This document shows, piece after piece, positions 1 through 12,716 of a stretch of DNA of 35,336 nucleotides (its first letter is position 1; each line of letters starts with the position of its first letter). The stretch spans positions 1-35,336 of the forward strand of contig JBHGNT010000317.1 in assembly GCA_043228905.1 (NCBI GenBank), given 5' to 3'. The position numbers and the translations under genes are program-made. The stretch comes from Azolla caroliniana. Lineage: Eukaryota > Plantae > Polypodiophyta. The notes under the pieces are model-generated. The model saw only the letters and a list, made by a program, of their open reading frames with translations, searched no databases and was not told the DNA's origin.

Positions 1-1806
1 AACAATGACGGGTGCTTTATTGAAAAAGAAGGCCAACTAGTAGCTCACGATCGAAGAGAAGGTTGAATGTTCATCTTCGAATTGAACGAGGTGAAGTAGG
101 CTATGTTCGCAAAAGGTCGCAAAGTCAAAACCGACTTGAAATTGTGGCACAAACGAATTGGCCACATCAATCTCCAAAAGCTCAAAGGAATGCAATTGAA
201 AGGAGTCATCATTGGATACTCTCTTGACTTTTACCGAAAATCTCTCTTGACACTCCCGACTAGTACCTCTTCCCTAGACTCTAGAGCATCCAATCACATG
301 ACATCTCACAAAGATTGGTTCTGGGAGTTGAGAAAGCTGGATCAACACGGTTATGTCGAAACCGAAGATGACACAACTCACCTGATTCGGCATATCGGAA
401 ATGTTCCATTCAGAAATGACGACAAACAAACCTACCTCAAGAATGTCTTGCATGTCCCAACCATCACGAAAAACCTGGTGTCGATCGGCTAGATTGTTGA
501 ACAAGGCATGTAAGTATGATTCAACAATGACGGGTGCTTTATTGAAAAAGAAGGCCAACTAGTAGCTCACGATCGAAGAGAAGGTTGAATGTTCATCTTC
601 GAATTGAACGAGGTGAAGTAGGCTATGTTCGCAAAAGGTCGCAAAGTCAAAACCGACTTGAAATTGTGGCACAAACGAATTGGCCACATCAATCTCCAAA
701 AGCTCAAAGGAATGCAATTGAAAGGAGTCATCATTGGATACTCTCTTGACTTTTACCGAAAATCTCTCTTGACTCTCCCGACTAGTACCTCTTCCCTAGA
801 CTCTAGAGCATCCAATCACATGACATCTCACAAAGATTGGTTCTGGGAGTTGAGAAAGCTGGATCAACACGGTTATGTCGAAACCGAAGATGACACAACT
901 CACCTGATTCGGCATATCGGAAATGTTCCATTCAGAAATGACGACAAACAAACCTACCTCAAGAATGTCTTGCATGTCCCAACCATCACGAAAAACCTGG
1001 TGTCGATCGGCTAGATTGTTGAACAAGGCATGTAAGTATGATTCAACAATGACGGGTGCTTTATTGAAAAAGAAGGCCAACTAGTAGCTCACGATCGAAG
1101 AGAAGGTTGGATGTTCATCTTCGAATTGAACGAGGTGAAGTAGGCTATGTTCGCAAAAGGTCGCAAAGTCAAAACCGACTTGAAATTGTGGCACAAACGA
1201 ATTGGCCACATCAATCTCCAAAAGCTCAAAGGAATGCAATTGAAAGGAGTCATCATTGGATACTCTCTTGACTTTTACCGAAAATCTCTCTTGACTCTCC
1301 CGACTAGTACCTCTTCCCTAGACTCTAGAGCATCCAATCACATGACATCTCACGAAGATTGGTTCTGGGAGTTGAGAAAGCTGGATCAACACGGTTATGT
1401 CGAAACCGAAGATGACACAACTCACCTGATTCGGCATATCGGAAATGTTCCATTCAGAAATGACGACAAACAAACCTACCTCAAGAATGTCTTGCATGTC
1501 CCAACCATCACGAAAAACCTGGTGTCGATCGGCTAGATTGTTGAACAAGGCATGTAAGTATGATTCAACAATGACGGGTGCTTTATTGAAAAAGAAGGCC
1601 AACTAGTAGCTCACGATCGAAGAGAAGGTTGAATGTTCATCTTCGAATTGAACGAGGTGAAGTAGGCTATGTTTGCAAAAGGTCGCAAAGTCAAAACCGA
1701 CTTGAAATTGTGGCACAAACGAATTGGCCACATCAATCTCCAAAAGCTCAAAGGAATGCAATTGAAAGGAGTCATCATTGGATACTCTCTTGACTTTTAC
1801 CGAAAA
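1..1806 (+). repeat. 522-bp tandem array (at least 3.5 units) of the copia protease plus pre-integrase segment
   Basis: Identical or near-identical ORFs at 103, 625 and 1147. Junctions at 241, 763 and 1285; the last unit runs into integrase at 1807. Only a few substitutions separate the units (e.g. 252, 1110, 1354, 1674). Confidence 0.98.
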
Positions 1807-4800
1807 GGAGATGATAGGTGTATGTGAAGCCTGTCAGTTCGGCAAACAACCGTTCCAGAATGAGAGGAACGTGGGCAAAGGAATCCTAGATGTAATACAT
1901 TTAGATGTATGGGGACCAGCACAGATAGTAACGTTCGGTGGTTGTCGATATTATGTCACGTTTATCGACGACTTCTCTAGGCATACCTGGATTTACCCTA
2001 TGCGGCAAAATAGGAAGTGTTTAGACACTTCTAAAGGTTTAAAAACGAAGTTGAAAAAGGCACAAGACGGCATGTCCAATGTCGTCGTTCGAATAGAGGC
2101 AATGAGTATTTCTCGGATGAATTTATAGGGTATCTCCAAAAGGAAGGAGTTCGACGAGAATTCTCATGCCGACACACACCTCAACAAAATAGAATAGCCG
2201 AACGCAAGAATCGACACATAGCAGAGGTGGCAAGGGCAATGATGAACGAGAAGAACTTGCCAAAATCGTACTGGGCAGAAGCGACTAACACAATCGTCTA
2301 TCTCATGAATAGGTGTACAACCTCTGGGGTACACGACGTAACCCCTCACGAGAAGTTCTTCAGAATGAAGCCAGATTTATCCCACATCCAAACATTCAGC
2401 TCAATCGCCTATGTACATATTCCTGACGAGAAGCGACAAAAGCTAGATCTGAAATCGGAGAAATGTATCCTCGTAGGGTAATCACTTGAACAAAAGGGAT
2501 ACAAGTGTTACAATCCATCCACCCGAAAAGTTCGAGTGAGCTGAGACGTCGCTTTTGACAAGTCGGCATCTTGGTACGAACCAGAGACGATTCCGATTCC
2601 AATCCCACTCGAGCCAAAATCAGCCGAACGAGAGATAAAAGATGAAGATTGACTGAGATGCATGTTCGAAGAAAGTCTGATTACAACAAGGCTGAGTGGA
2701 CCACAAGAGCCCCCAAGTGACCAAAGCACATCTCAGTCGAGTCCGAAGCTAGACAAAGGAAAGGCCAAAATGTCGGAACACGAAGACCCAATCAACAACG
2801 AGTCAACTCACTCCCTTGACAGTGAGTTCGAAGGCATGGACATCCCAATCATCCGAACGAAGGGAGCGAAGAAAGCCTTAGTCTCTGGAAATGAGAAGCT
2901 CCGTCACTCCACCAAAGAGAAACACCCAGTCAACTGATTCGACTACGATGAATATACGGCATATCATTATGCCTTTATGATGAAGGTGGCGACAATCTGA
3001 GAACTGGAAACGTTTTCCGAGGCAGCCAAGGATCCATGATGGATCGAAACCATGAACGAGGAGATGCGGGCTCTATGCAAAAACAGGACATGGGATCTCG
3101 TCCCCTATTTACCACAAAAGAAAGCAATAAGTTGTAGGTGGATATATAAGGTAAAATATAACGTTGATGGCTCGGTAAATCGCTACTATAAGGCACGATT
3201 CGTAGTTAAGGGATATGCTAAAACTCACAAAGTTGATTATGAGGAGACCTTTGCCCCAGTAGCAAAGAGGACGATTGTTCAGACATTCAATACTCTCGCA
3301 ACTACAAAAGGGTGGTACCTCCACCAGATGGATGTAAAGAACGCCTTCCTACACAACGACTTAGAAGAGGAGGTTTTCATGATTCAACCACCCGGTTTCG
3401 AATCAACCATACACCCGAAAGCAGTTTGCCGACTCGAGAAGCTGCTTTATGGACTCAAGCAAGCACTGTGTGCTTAGCATTTGAAGATCACTCAATATCT
3501 TCACCAAATCGGTTTTCGAATGTCGAAATCAAACAACTCCCTATACATAAAAAACGAGTCGAACAATCCGATTGTCATCATTCTATATGTGGATGATCTA
3601 GTCATCGGAGGAAAGAATCTAGCCGACACTAATAAGGTCAAATCACTTCTATCCGGCAAATTCAAAATGAAAGATATGCACAAGCTCCATTACTTCCTCG
3701 TTATCGAAGTAATTCGGATACCATCTGGCATATTGATCTCTCAATGACACTACATTCTCAACTTGCTCTACAAGTTCGGGATGACTGAGTGCAAACCTGT
3801 ATCGACCCCCCTCGATCGAAACCTCAAGCTCGATGCCGACTCTGGCACTACAAAGTGCGAGCCAACTCAATATCGTCAACTGATCGGCAACTTAATCTAT
3901 CTTACCATCACACAACCCGACCTCAGTTATTCGGTTAGTCTACTTAGCCAATTCTTGCAGAAACTCAAGATATACATCTAGATTGTGTTAAGAGAGTACT
4001 CAAGTAAGTCTGTGGAACAATGGATTATGGCATTATATATAAGTCAGATATGATCATTCAGCTCGAAGGGTACACAGATGTAGATTGGGTCGGCTATAAG
4101 GCCGATAGACGATCAACGTCCAGATTCGTCTTCTCACTCGGCAGCGGAGCCATCTCATGGAGCAATAAAAAGCAGTTGATAGTCGCAATGTCAAGCATAA
4201 AGGCCGAATATAAGGGGGCGGTCGTCACCACATGCGAAGCCGTTTGGGTGAAGTGTATGCTGAAGGATCTGGGCGCTCCCATCAAGTATCTGATTCTCTT
4301 GTACTGTGACAACATGAGCAATATTCATCTGGCTCTAAATCCGAAGTTCCACGCGCGGACTAAGCACATTGAAGTCCACTATCACTTCATCCGAGAGCAC
4401 GTTAGGCCGAAAATGTCGACCTACAACACATCAACATGAACCTTCATGTTACCGACATCTTCACCAAGGCCTTAGGAGTCGATAAGCTCGAGCAATTTAC
4501 ATTGGACCTTGGTCTCACGATATTTGAATTGTTGAGCTTGAGGGGGAGTACCGAATAGAAGTCGTTGTTGCCATATAATAGTTGATTAGTCGATCGAAGC
4601 TGACGTCGAAGTATGCTGATGACAGTCGAGCAAAACAAGGAGCATGAAGGAATCGAGCAGTTGAAAATGTCCTGACTGATCATTCGAACACAAAGCTGAA
4701 AGTCGAATCCAGCCGAAGAACCGAATCGAAGTAATTCGAAAGTCGAAGTCGATTTAGCCGAATCAAAGTATTTTTGAAGACTGAACCGAACCAAATTTTC

Positions 4801-5008
4801 AGCGTCTTGAAGTTGTGTTCAAAGGGGTGTGTTGAGAATCGAACATAACTTTCTCAAATGACTTTCACACTAGCCAATGGACATACTAGGCTAGTTTTGT
4901 AAATAGTAGAACGAGCAATTGCCTTCGACTAATTGGTCTTTAAACCAACCTTTTGTAACTTAGTTATTGTTGGATGTAATCATATTTTTCATTGAGCTTC
5001 TTGTTCTT

Positions 5009-5010
<2 letters not shown>
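1..5010 (+). mobile_element. Degenerate Ty1/copia LTR retrotransposon (PR-IN-RT-RH order); 5' part lies outside the window
   Basis: Protease LDSRASNHM, GAG-pre-integrase LWHKRIGHIN, integrase CEACQFGK/IHLDVWGP/FIDDFSR, RT SCRWIYKVK/QMDVKNAFL/LYGLKQA/LYVDDL and RNase H YTDVDW..DRRST/LYCDN/RTKHIEVHYHFIRE. The frame is broken by many stops and frameshifts. Purine tracts at 4540-4548 and 4821-4827; the 3' LTR probably starts at TGTTGAG ~4830 and its end is unresolved. Confidence 0.93.

Positions 5011-5052
<42 letters not shown>
5011..5052. repeat. (CT)21 microsatellite at the copia-LTR/LINE junction
   Basis: Seen directly in the sequence. Confidence 0.97.
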
Positions 5053-5053
<1 letters not shown>

Positions 5054-8000
5054 GGATGTCGGATGTGAATGCATATGGGGCACATTGAGTTGGGAAACAT
5101 GGTGTTACTCGCTTCAGAGAAAGGTCCATTGTATGCACAATGACGGATGATACAAAGTGGTGGATCATACTCAAAAATAGTTGGGTATACCTCAAAGGTA
5201 CGCAATGCTTTGTGAGTGAAGATCGTACTATCTCACAACAAAATGCCCATCGTAAAGCATATGAAGAAAGATTGAAAATTAAGGTTAAGGATGTGCTTAA
5301 AGATGGAAATGTAGGCAAATAGGGACACGTGACCTATGAGACTAAACCAGTCTTTTACGATTATGTTTTTGGAATTGCAATGGATACCCATGGAATGCGG
5401 GATTCGGCATAGAGTTCATCGATGACTCGGATATCACACTTCTTGTTGAAACATGGGAGCATGATACTCAAACGATTCAAGGTTTAGGAAACTATAATGT
5501 ACACTCTTTGATATGGGAGAAAAATCCAAGACAAAGAAGAGGACAAGGAGGGGTGGCATGTTTGATTAAGAAGGAAATAGAGAAATATGTGTCAATCGTA
5601 AAAAATGATGAACATAAATGCCACATATGGCTCAAAATAGAAACACCTAATGATTTTCCCACTTTTGTCGTTGGATGTTACATTCCTCATCAAGATTCTA
5701 ACTTCTATGCTTGTTTGGATAAAGATCAACCTTTTGCAAATCTAGAAGATGATATTGCTTATTTCAAATCCAAAGGGGAAGTTATTGTCTTTGGTGACAT
5801 GAATGCTCGTACAAGAAGTTTCCAACTTGATTCACAAGAATCTTTCATGTCACATATCTCAAGGATGCAAGAGGATATGCAAATGTATAGTCGATCTTCT
5901 AGTGATGAAAAAGATCCGGACCAATTTGAGAAACTACTCCTACAAATGTGCAATAGTACCGGATTGCTTATTGCAAATGGTGTTTCCTTATGGCCCAATA
6001 CTAACGACTTTACATGTAGAAAACACAATGGAAATAGTGTGATTGACTATGTGCTACTTTCCGAAGGTATTTTAGATCGTATACATAAATTCTCACTGGG
6101 GGAATGGACACCAGAATCCGATCATAGGAATTTATGTATTGATCTCAAATGTATGCATAGGTTTGATTGCGAGAAGGTCATTGAAGATAGTAAACAAATG
6201 CACTTGAGCATGAATCTTAAGCGAGCGCCCATGTATTCCAAGATGGTTGAGGATATGTTACAAATGACAAAGACACAACATGGTGCCACACTAGAATGCA
6301 AATGGGGAGCTTTTAAGAATGTCATTCTCTCTTGTACAAACAAATGTTTTTTGACCAACCGCACATCATGGAAATGCACCAAGAAACGTAAGAAAAAATG
6401 GTTTGATAAAGAATGTCATGAAGCTCGAAAGTGCCTTATGGTTTTGGATGTAGTTAAGGATAAGGAAAATTACCAAAAGCATTTGCATGACTATAAAAAG
6501 CTTATTCAAAGAAAGAGAAGAATATGGGAAGTTACTCAACAACTTCTCCAAACACAAGAGAAAGCACATGCATGTGCTAAATTTTGGGGAAATCTAAAGG
6601 GGAAACATGTTGAGAGTTATGGTGACTTAACTCTTCATGACTTGTCGATGCATTGTACGAATTTATATGAGTTATCTCTTGCTGGAAAGATGATGTGTTA
6701 TGGTTCTCTTTCACATATGTCTCCCTTCTTTACAATTGAAGATATATGCACAGGACTTAAGAAATTGGCCTCTCGAAAGGCAAGCGATCTTCAAGGTATA
6801 AAAGCTGAAATGCTCAAAAGGACGGGAAAGGAGGCACATATATGGATATGCGATATGTTTAATGATGCATTGTAACTTGGTATGCCATATGATTGGACTA
6901 CAAATTGGATCAAACCTTTACATAAAGGCGGAGATGTGATAATGTAAACAACTATCAAACCATCATGGTTGGCTCATTAATGGCAAAACTATTTGGATGT
7001 ATAATGGAATCCAAGGTAAGTGTATGGGCAGAAAAAAATGGTAAGAGAGCTTATGGACAAGCTGGTTTTCGAAAACAGCATAACACCATTGATCATCTTG
7101 TCACTCTTCGAGTATTAATGGAGGAAAGTCGCCTTAGAGATAAAGGTTTATATTGTTGCTTTGTAGACTTCAAGAAACCTTTTGATATAGTACCTCGTGA
7201 GCATCTTTGGAGGTGGATTGAAGAACTTGAGGTGTCAAGTGAATATATGCTTGCAATTTCCCGAATATATGAGAAGGTTATATGTTGTGTGTGTATGAGA
7301 GATAGACTTTCAAATTTTTTCAATAACACTATTGGTGTTAAACAAGGATGCCCACTCTCACCAACATTATTTGGTCTATGCATTGATGAATTAGAAAAAA
7401 TGGTTACCAAGTTTGTAAAGGAAGAATGTGTTGAAGAAGTTGCCATTGGGAATGTTGTGATTATGCTTTTGTTATATGCAGATGATGTAGTGTTTTTTGC
7501 AAATACTTCAGGAGATGCACAAAAGCTTATGAAGGCATTGGAAAAATTTTGCATGCATACTAGATTAAGTGTCAATAGCTCTAAACCAAAGATTACGCTT
7601 GTGAAGAGTCAAAAAAGAGATAAACCATGCTTTACGTACAACAATGAGCCACTTGAATGTGTGGAAAGCTTCAAATATCTTGGCCTTGAACTTCCTTCAA
7701 ATCATAAATGGAATGAATGTGCTACACGCTGCTTAGAGGCAGGTAAGCGAGCATATTATGCATTTGAGAACACATGCAATCTTGGGGATATTAAGTGTTG
7801 GGTCCTCAAGAAATATCTTTTCAACACTTTGGTGACCCCGGTTCCTCTCTATGGGGTGGAAGTATGGGGCGGTAGCATCCCTAAGTCTACGTGGAAAGAG
7901 TTTGAAAATGTCCAAAAACATTTTCTTACAAAGTTTCTACAAGTTAAGAAACAAATGCCCTACACCCTCCTCCTCCTTGAGACGAGATCACTTCCCATTG

Positions 8001-8768
8001 AGATCATGGCCATGGAAAGGGTTGTTGAATACATGCTTAAGGTTCAAAAAAGCCCCTCACATCGACTTCCTAAAATTGCATGAGAAGCAAGCAAAAAGAT
8101 CCAAAAGACGCATAAAAGCAAAATTTTGTGTTCCGGTTGGATGCAAGATTTAGAAAAATGGTTTGGTAGATGGGATGCAAGACACTTGCTTCATGATGCG
8201 TCACTAGATTCCTTTGTAAATGAGGCCTTTTTGCAACGCCAATGTATCATGGCATGGGACAAATGTGGTGGCTCACGCTTCACACATTATACTACAAATG
8301 TTGCACCTAACTACAAAACCATATTCTTCGCAGAACGAGGAAGTCATATACATCGATACATGTTAGAGCCCATCCCGATATCTGCCATTCGAACCATTGC
8401 TTCCATGCAACTTAGCTCGCACACATTGAGATGTGAGACGGAGCGTTGGGGCACAAGTGATGAGAGTGGCCGACTATGCAATCTTTGCCCTAAACAAGTT
8501 CGAGAGTCTAAGTATCACACTTTGATACAATGCTCTACCTTTGATCATATTCGACCATGCTTTCCACATCTCTTCGATCGAGCCCAATCCTTGCACAAAT
8601 TTCTCTCACAACCACGATGTGCACTCTCGATTGCAACATTCATTAGTAAAGTTCTTGAACATCGAGAGTCTCTACTCATCTTCACACGTATCACGTGAAA
8701 TGTAATATTTTTGGTCTCATAGGTCATATTTGACCTCTGAAGACGATAATATAACCTATCTATCTCTA
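5053..8768 (+). mobile_element. Non-LTR retrotransposon (LINE, RTE-X-like), 5'-truncated within ORF1; ORF2 nearly complete but disrupted
   Basis: ORF1 C-terminal remnant LKGTQCFVSEDRT. ORF2 has an APE endonuclease (FWNCNG from ~5367, ETW, GGVA, GDMNAR, SVIDY, SDH) and RT (QAGFR, FVDFKKPFD, GVKQGCPLSPTLF, LLYADD, FKYLG), then C-terminal LSSHTLRCET..RLCNLC..YH..C. Lesions: probable 1-nt frameshift ~5354, TAA 6873, frameshift ~6940, TGA 8081. Stop at 8698, followed by a short (CTAT) tail. Confidence 0.92.
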
Positions 8769-8773
8769 CACGT

Positions 8774-9437
8774 TGTCGTGGAGAAATCCTAGGTACAAGT
8801 CGCCTGAGGCGAAATCCTAGGTAGTATGCGTTCAGTAGAGAGGAAATCGAAGTGTATCCCTATCTTTCGGATAGGGAATAAACATGATGTAATGACCTCC
8901 CTCCTTGGGTTATAAAAGAGAGGGAGAAGTGAGGGAAATACATCGCGTTTTTGGGGGAGCGAGGAGGAAGTGCTGTCGGACCGGGACCGAGCTCTCTCCT
9001 CCATCGTTCGACTTTCTCTGCAGGATTTCGGACTGTGTTGCCTCTGCTTCGTGGACAGCCCGTGTGCTTCCGGTAAAGCTCCACAGTGCAGTCAGGGTTG
9101 CGTGCGTGCGAGAGCATCGTATGTGTGTGTGTGTGTGTATTCGCCTGAGTTGGGTCCGTTGCCGGCTTGCCGGTTGTAATCGTTATTGGTTTTGTAATTA
9201 AGACTCTGTGCTCTCTCTCTTTCTCCCTCTGTGTTTCTGCAAGCTAGGTTTTCTCTCTCTCTTCTTTCTCACGCTCCTTGGTTCAAGGCCCCCGCGGTCC
9301 CGCCTCTTTCCACATGCGAAGAGCGTAACAACTCGACATATTTGGTGAACCCGACGTGAAAAGGCGGCAAGCCCATTTGATTGCATAAAATATGACACGT
9401 TCCTCATTCCTGAACTACGTGATCTTAGATTTCTACA
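8774..9437 (+). mobile_element. Probable solo LTR
   Basis: Starts TGTCGTGGAGAAATC and ends GATTTCTACA (imperfect inverted ends, TG...CA). Flanks CACGT (8769-8773) and CATGT (9438-9442) fit a 5-bp TSD with one CpG transition. TATAAA at ~8911. GC-rich relative to its flanks, with no coding motifs. Confidence 0.6.
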
Positions 9438-12351
9438 CATGTCGATGTTAAATGATGGATTGGATTCTTCCCCAAAGAGATGTTATCCTGACTATCACAA
9501 TATAAGGTCATAGCGAAATTTGGGACGATCTATCGAAACATGCCAACTAGTCAATTAACCATAACGCTTCCTTAGTTGCGTCCAATGTTGCTACAATGGT
9601 GCAAGTCCTTGCACAATCCTAATGTAAGATCTCCATGAGATTGCTCCACGGTCTACAAATTGGAGGAAATAACATAGGTTGATTTTCAATTGTCATAAAT
9701 CTATATAACTGACTAAACTAGTTGTTTTAAGTTGAGGGTTTGTTTGCCCAAATTGATTCTTAAGTCTTGTGCGGAAATCAAATATGTAAATACATGCTTT
9801 CCAATGTGGTCAGTTGGGATTGTTTATTAATTTGCTTATTGTCATTGCACACACTAAATCATGTTGAGTTGCGACCATCATAGAGCCAACAGTTGGTGTG
9901 CATGGTATTGACATTTGACCCCCTCTGGATGAGATGTTGGACAAACTTTCTTATATACACATGTTAACATGATGATTACACTCCTAAATGTGCATATACC
10001 TTGAGAATCAATTTGTGCGCAATAGATTATGATTATATGTGTAGAGTAGTTTTCTAATGACACAATAACCTTCTTAATATTAGTTTTGAGCTTGGATATA
10101 CAAGGTCTAATTTTGATAAGTATGGATTGAATCAAAGCTCACAACAATATCAGTGATATTATTTAGGAAGTTAGGTTTTGTAATCAAGTAAAGTTATACA
10201 AGTTTCAAAAGTATACTTCTCGTAGGGTTTAGCCATACAATGGCAAACACTCGCAAGGGGGCAACAATGTCTGAGACTACAATCGTTAAGGATACGAGAT
10301 AACTAAAGATTCTTGATATTAATGCAACAAATCCACCCAAAATGGAGACAATGCTTATGAATCATTTGATTTCTCTTCAAGAAACCATAAACAAGCAAAA
10401 GTGATGAGATTAGGCCACTCACGAATGAGAATGCAAAAGTACAAATTATTGTTATTGAGAATGAGAGTCTTAAGAAAACTATTGCAAAACTTGAAGATGA
10501 GATTAGATAACGTAAAGAAGTTTGACTAAAAACATATGAGTGTTTAAACAAGATTAGGTTAAATAAAGGAGGTGGGATGTGTGTGAAATGAAAAAATGTA
10601 TGCTCAACAAAGTCATGGACTAATGTATGTAGTTGGGGTTGTCAATAACTCGTCTATTAATAATTATACCCTTTATGAATCAAGAAAAGAATGTAGAAAG
10701 TATTGATTACCAAGAGTTGAAAACAAATGAACGGAGATCCAAGAACATTGACATATATGAGAATAATGAGGAGAGTATGAAAACACCATCCCTCAGATAG
10801 ATCATCAATGAATTCTTTAGTATGCACCATGGTATGTTAGACATGGTTACACTTTTTAAAAATAAATTTATTTCCTTTTGTTTCATGATCTTTTGATTAA
10901 TTAGAGTTAAACAAAACATGTCTAGATTCCATATGATGAGCATACAATTTTGAAAACCTCATTACTCATCAAAGGCCATTATTTGCTTCCATCTATCATT
11001 TATCAATGCATGGGACATAACCATTCATTGATCCTATTTTCTACATTTTAAAATGCAAAGATGTTGTCGATTATAGGTCCCAACTCCCATCCATATTTAT
11101 TGATGCAAGAAGTGATGGTAGCCAGTCTTTTAATTCGGAGACGTGTATGATACATTAGTCTTAAAAGAATTTAATCGTCAATCAATACTAGCATTTAATC
11201 AGTAAAATTTTGACCTGGTAAATGATTAATATTATACATAAACTTCAATAGATCTATACCTTTGACTTATATACATTTTAGAGCCTTGAAGATTTTTATG
11301 GTTGGGTTGGCCTCATGAAATATAATACAATTTTGCTTATCTATGCTTTACTTTGACTTTCTCTTGCTCTTTTTACTTGATACACGATCACCTAAGATTT
11401 GTACTTCGACTTTCTTCCACCCTTTTTACTTTATACACGATCACCTAAGATTTTATTATGGTTGCATAGTCATTAACTTCGATAAACTTGAGAGATCAAC
11501 TTTTCTCCTCTTCTATGTTCATCTTTATTTCCTATGTTGTGCATAAGATTGCTCATGATGAGACGCGTAGTTGTATCCAAATCCATGTTTGTGACTCATA
11601 TGATACACTTGCAGAAATTCTAGCCTTACATTTCTTATCACTTTAGAGCATCAAAGACGTTTCACAAAATAGAAAAATAACAATGGATGCAAGAGTGGAG
11701 TTGTTGACCCATATCCATATTAAATATAAATAAAGCTAAAAATAGTCCCAAAAGATATGGACTCATTACAGGTAATCGACTTCAGACTCATTGATTATTA
11801 CTAAATTGAACCTATCTGGCCATAGGAGTGAGTACCATGTGACTGCATCCGCATTCCTAATGTAAGAGTAGATGTCATGATACACATCATGACCCCTGGA
11901 AACAAATAAAAATGGGCAAAGTGGGCCCATGTTCAACAAAGTCATAACGTCTACGCCATTTTGGTGACACAAAGAGGATTGGGGGGCGAAGGTTGTGCTA
12001 CGTACAACCTATTCATGCACAAAAGGTAAAACAAACTCATGAATTGAGCTCCAATAAACACACAAACAAACAAATAATTGATCGATCATGTGTCACATTC
12101 ATCGTCCTTCATGTTTGGTGAAAGAAAAAAGCATGCATAAAATATGGATGGATGTGTCTGTTGACAAAATGTACACATAACAATCATACTTCAAAGACGT
12201 ATGGGAGCAGAAGAAATCCGACGTGATGTGATACACGTGTATATGTGTGTAATATTATATATTAGTGCCCGTCCGCCCGCCCAACCAATGGACCGAAAAT
12301 ATGGAGACAAGGTCATGTGGTCGAGTCTACTAATGTTAGGAAGGGGTTAGA

Positions 12352-12447
12352 AACTACTACTAAATAGTACTAACTACTACTACTACTACTCTCTTTTTTC
12401 CAAAAAGCTGCTACTACTACTACTACTACTACTACTAGCTACTACTA
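12352..12447. repeat. Interrupted (CTA)n microsatellite upstream of the small gene
   Basis: Seen directly in the sequence. Confidence 0.9.
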
Positions 12448-12607
12448 AACAAATTGCATTGATTCAAGAGAGGGGTCCACATTGTGAGTAAACAAAAAAA
12501 AACAGAGAGGAACTTAGACAAAGACTCTGCATTGCAAGAATCTCTTCCTTGCTAGCAGACTCACCTCCTTTTCTTCCTTAAACCACATCCCAATATCCAT
12601 CCATCTG

Positions 12608-12608
<1 letters not shown>

Positions 12609-12656
<48 letters not shown>
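12609..12656. repeat. (TG)24 microsatellite
   Basis: Seen directly in the sequence. Confidence 0.97.
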
Positions 12657-12660
<4 letters not shown>

Positions 12661-12716
12661 TTTATGGTTGTATTTTTGTTTCCCAGATTTGTTTCCTTTG
12701 ATTTGCAATACAATCC

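Noticed and set aside
1-1806. CRISPR-like or functional multi-gene array
   Set aside because: Units are whole 522-bp copies of copia pol with no spacers, and they share stop codons.
8789-9440. Several overlapping 69-98 aa ORFs
   Set aside because: Expected by chance in a GC-richer LTR-like segment; no protein motifs.
5048-9452. LINE TSD between CTCTAGGATGTCGGATG and CTCTACACGT/CGATG
   Set aside because: The similarity needs several mismatches and gaps, too weak to call.
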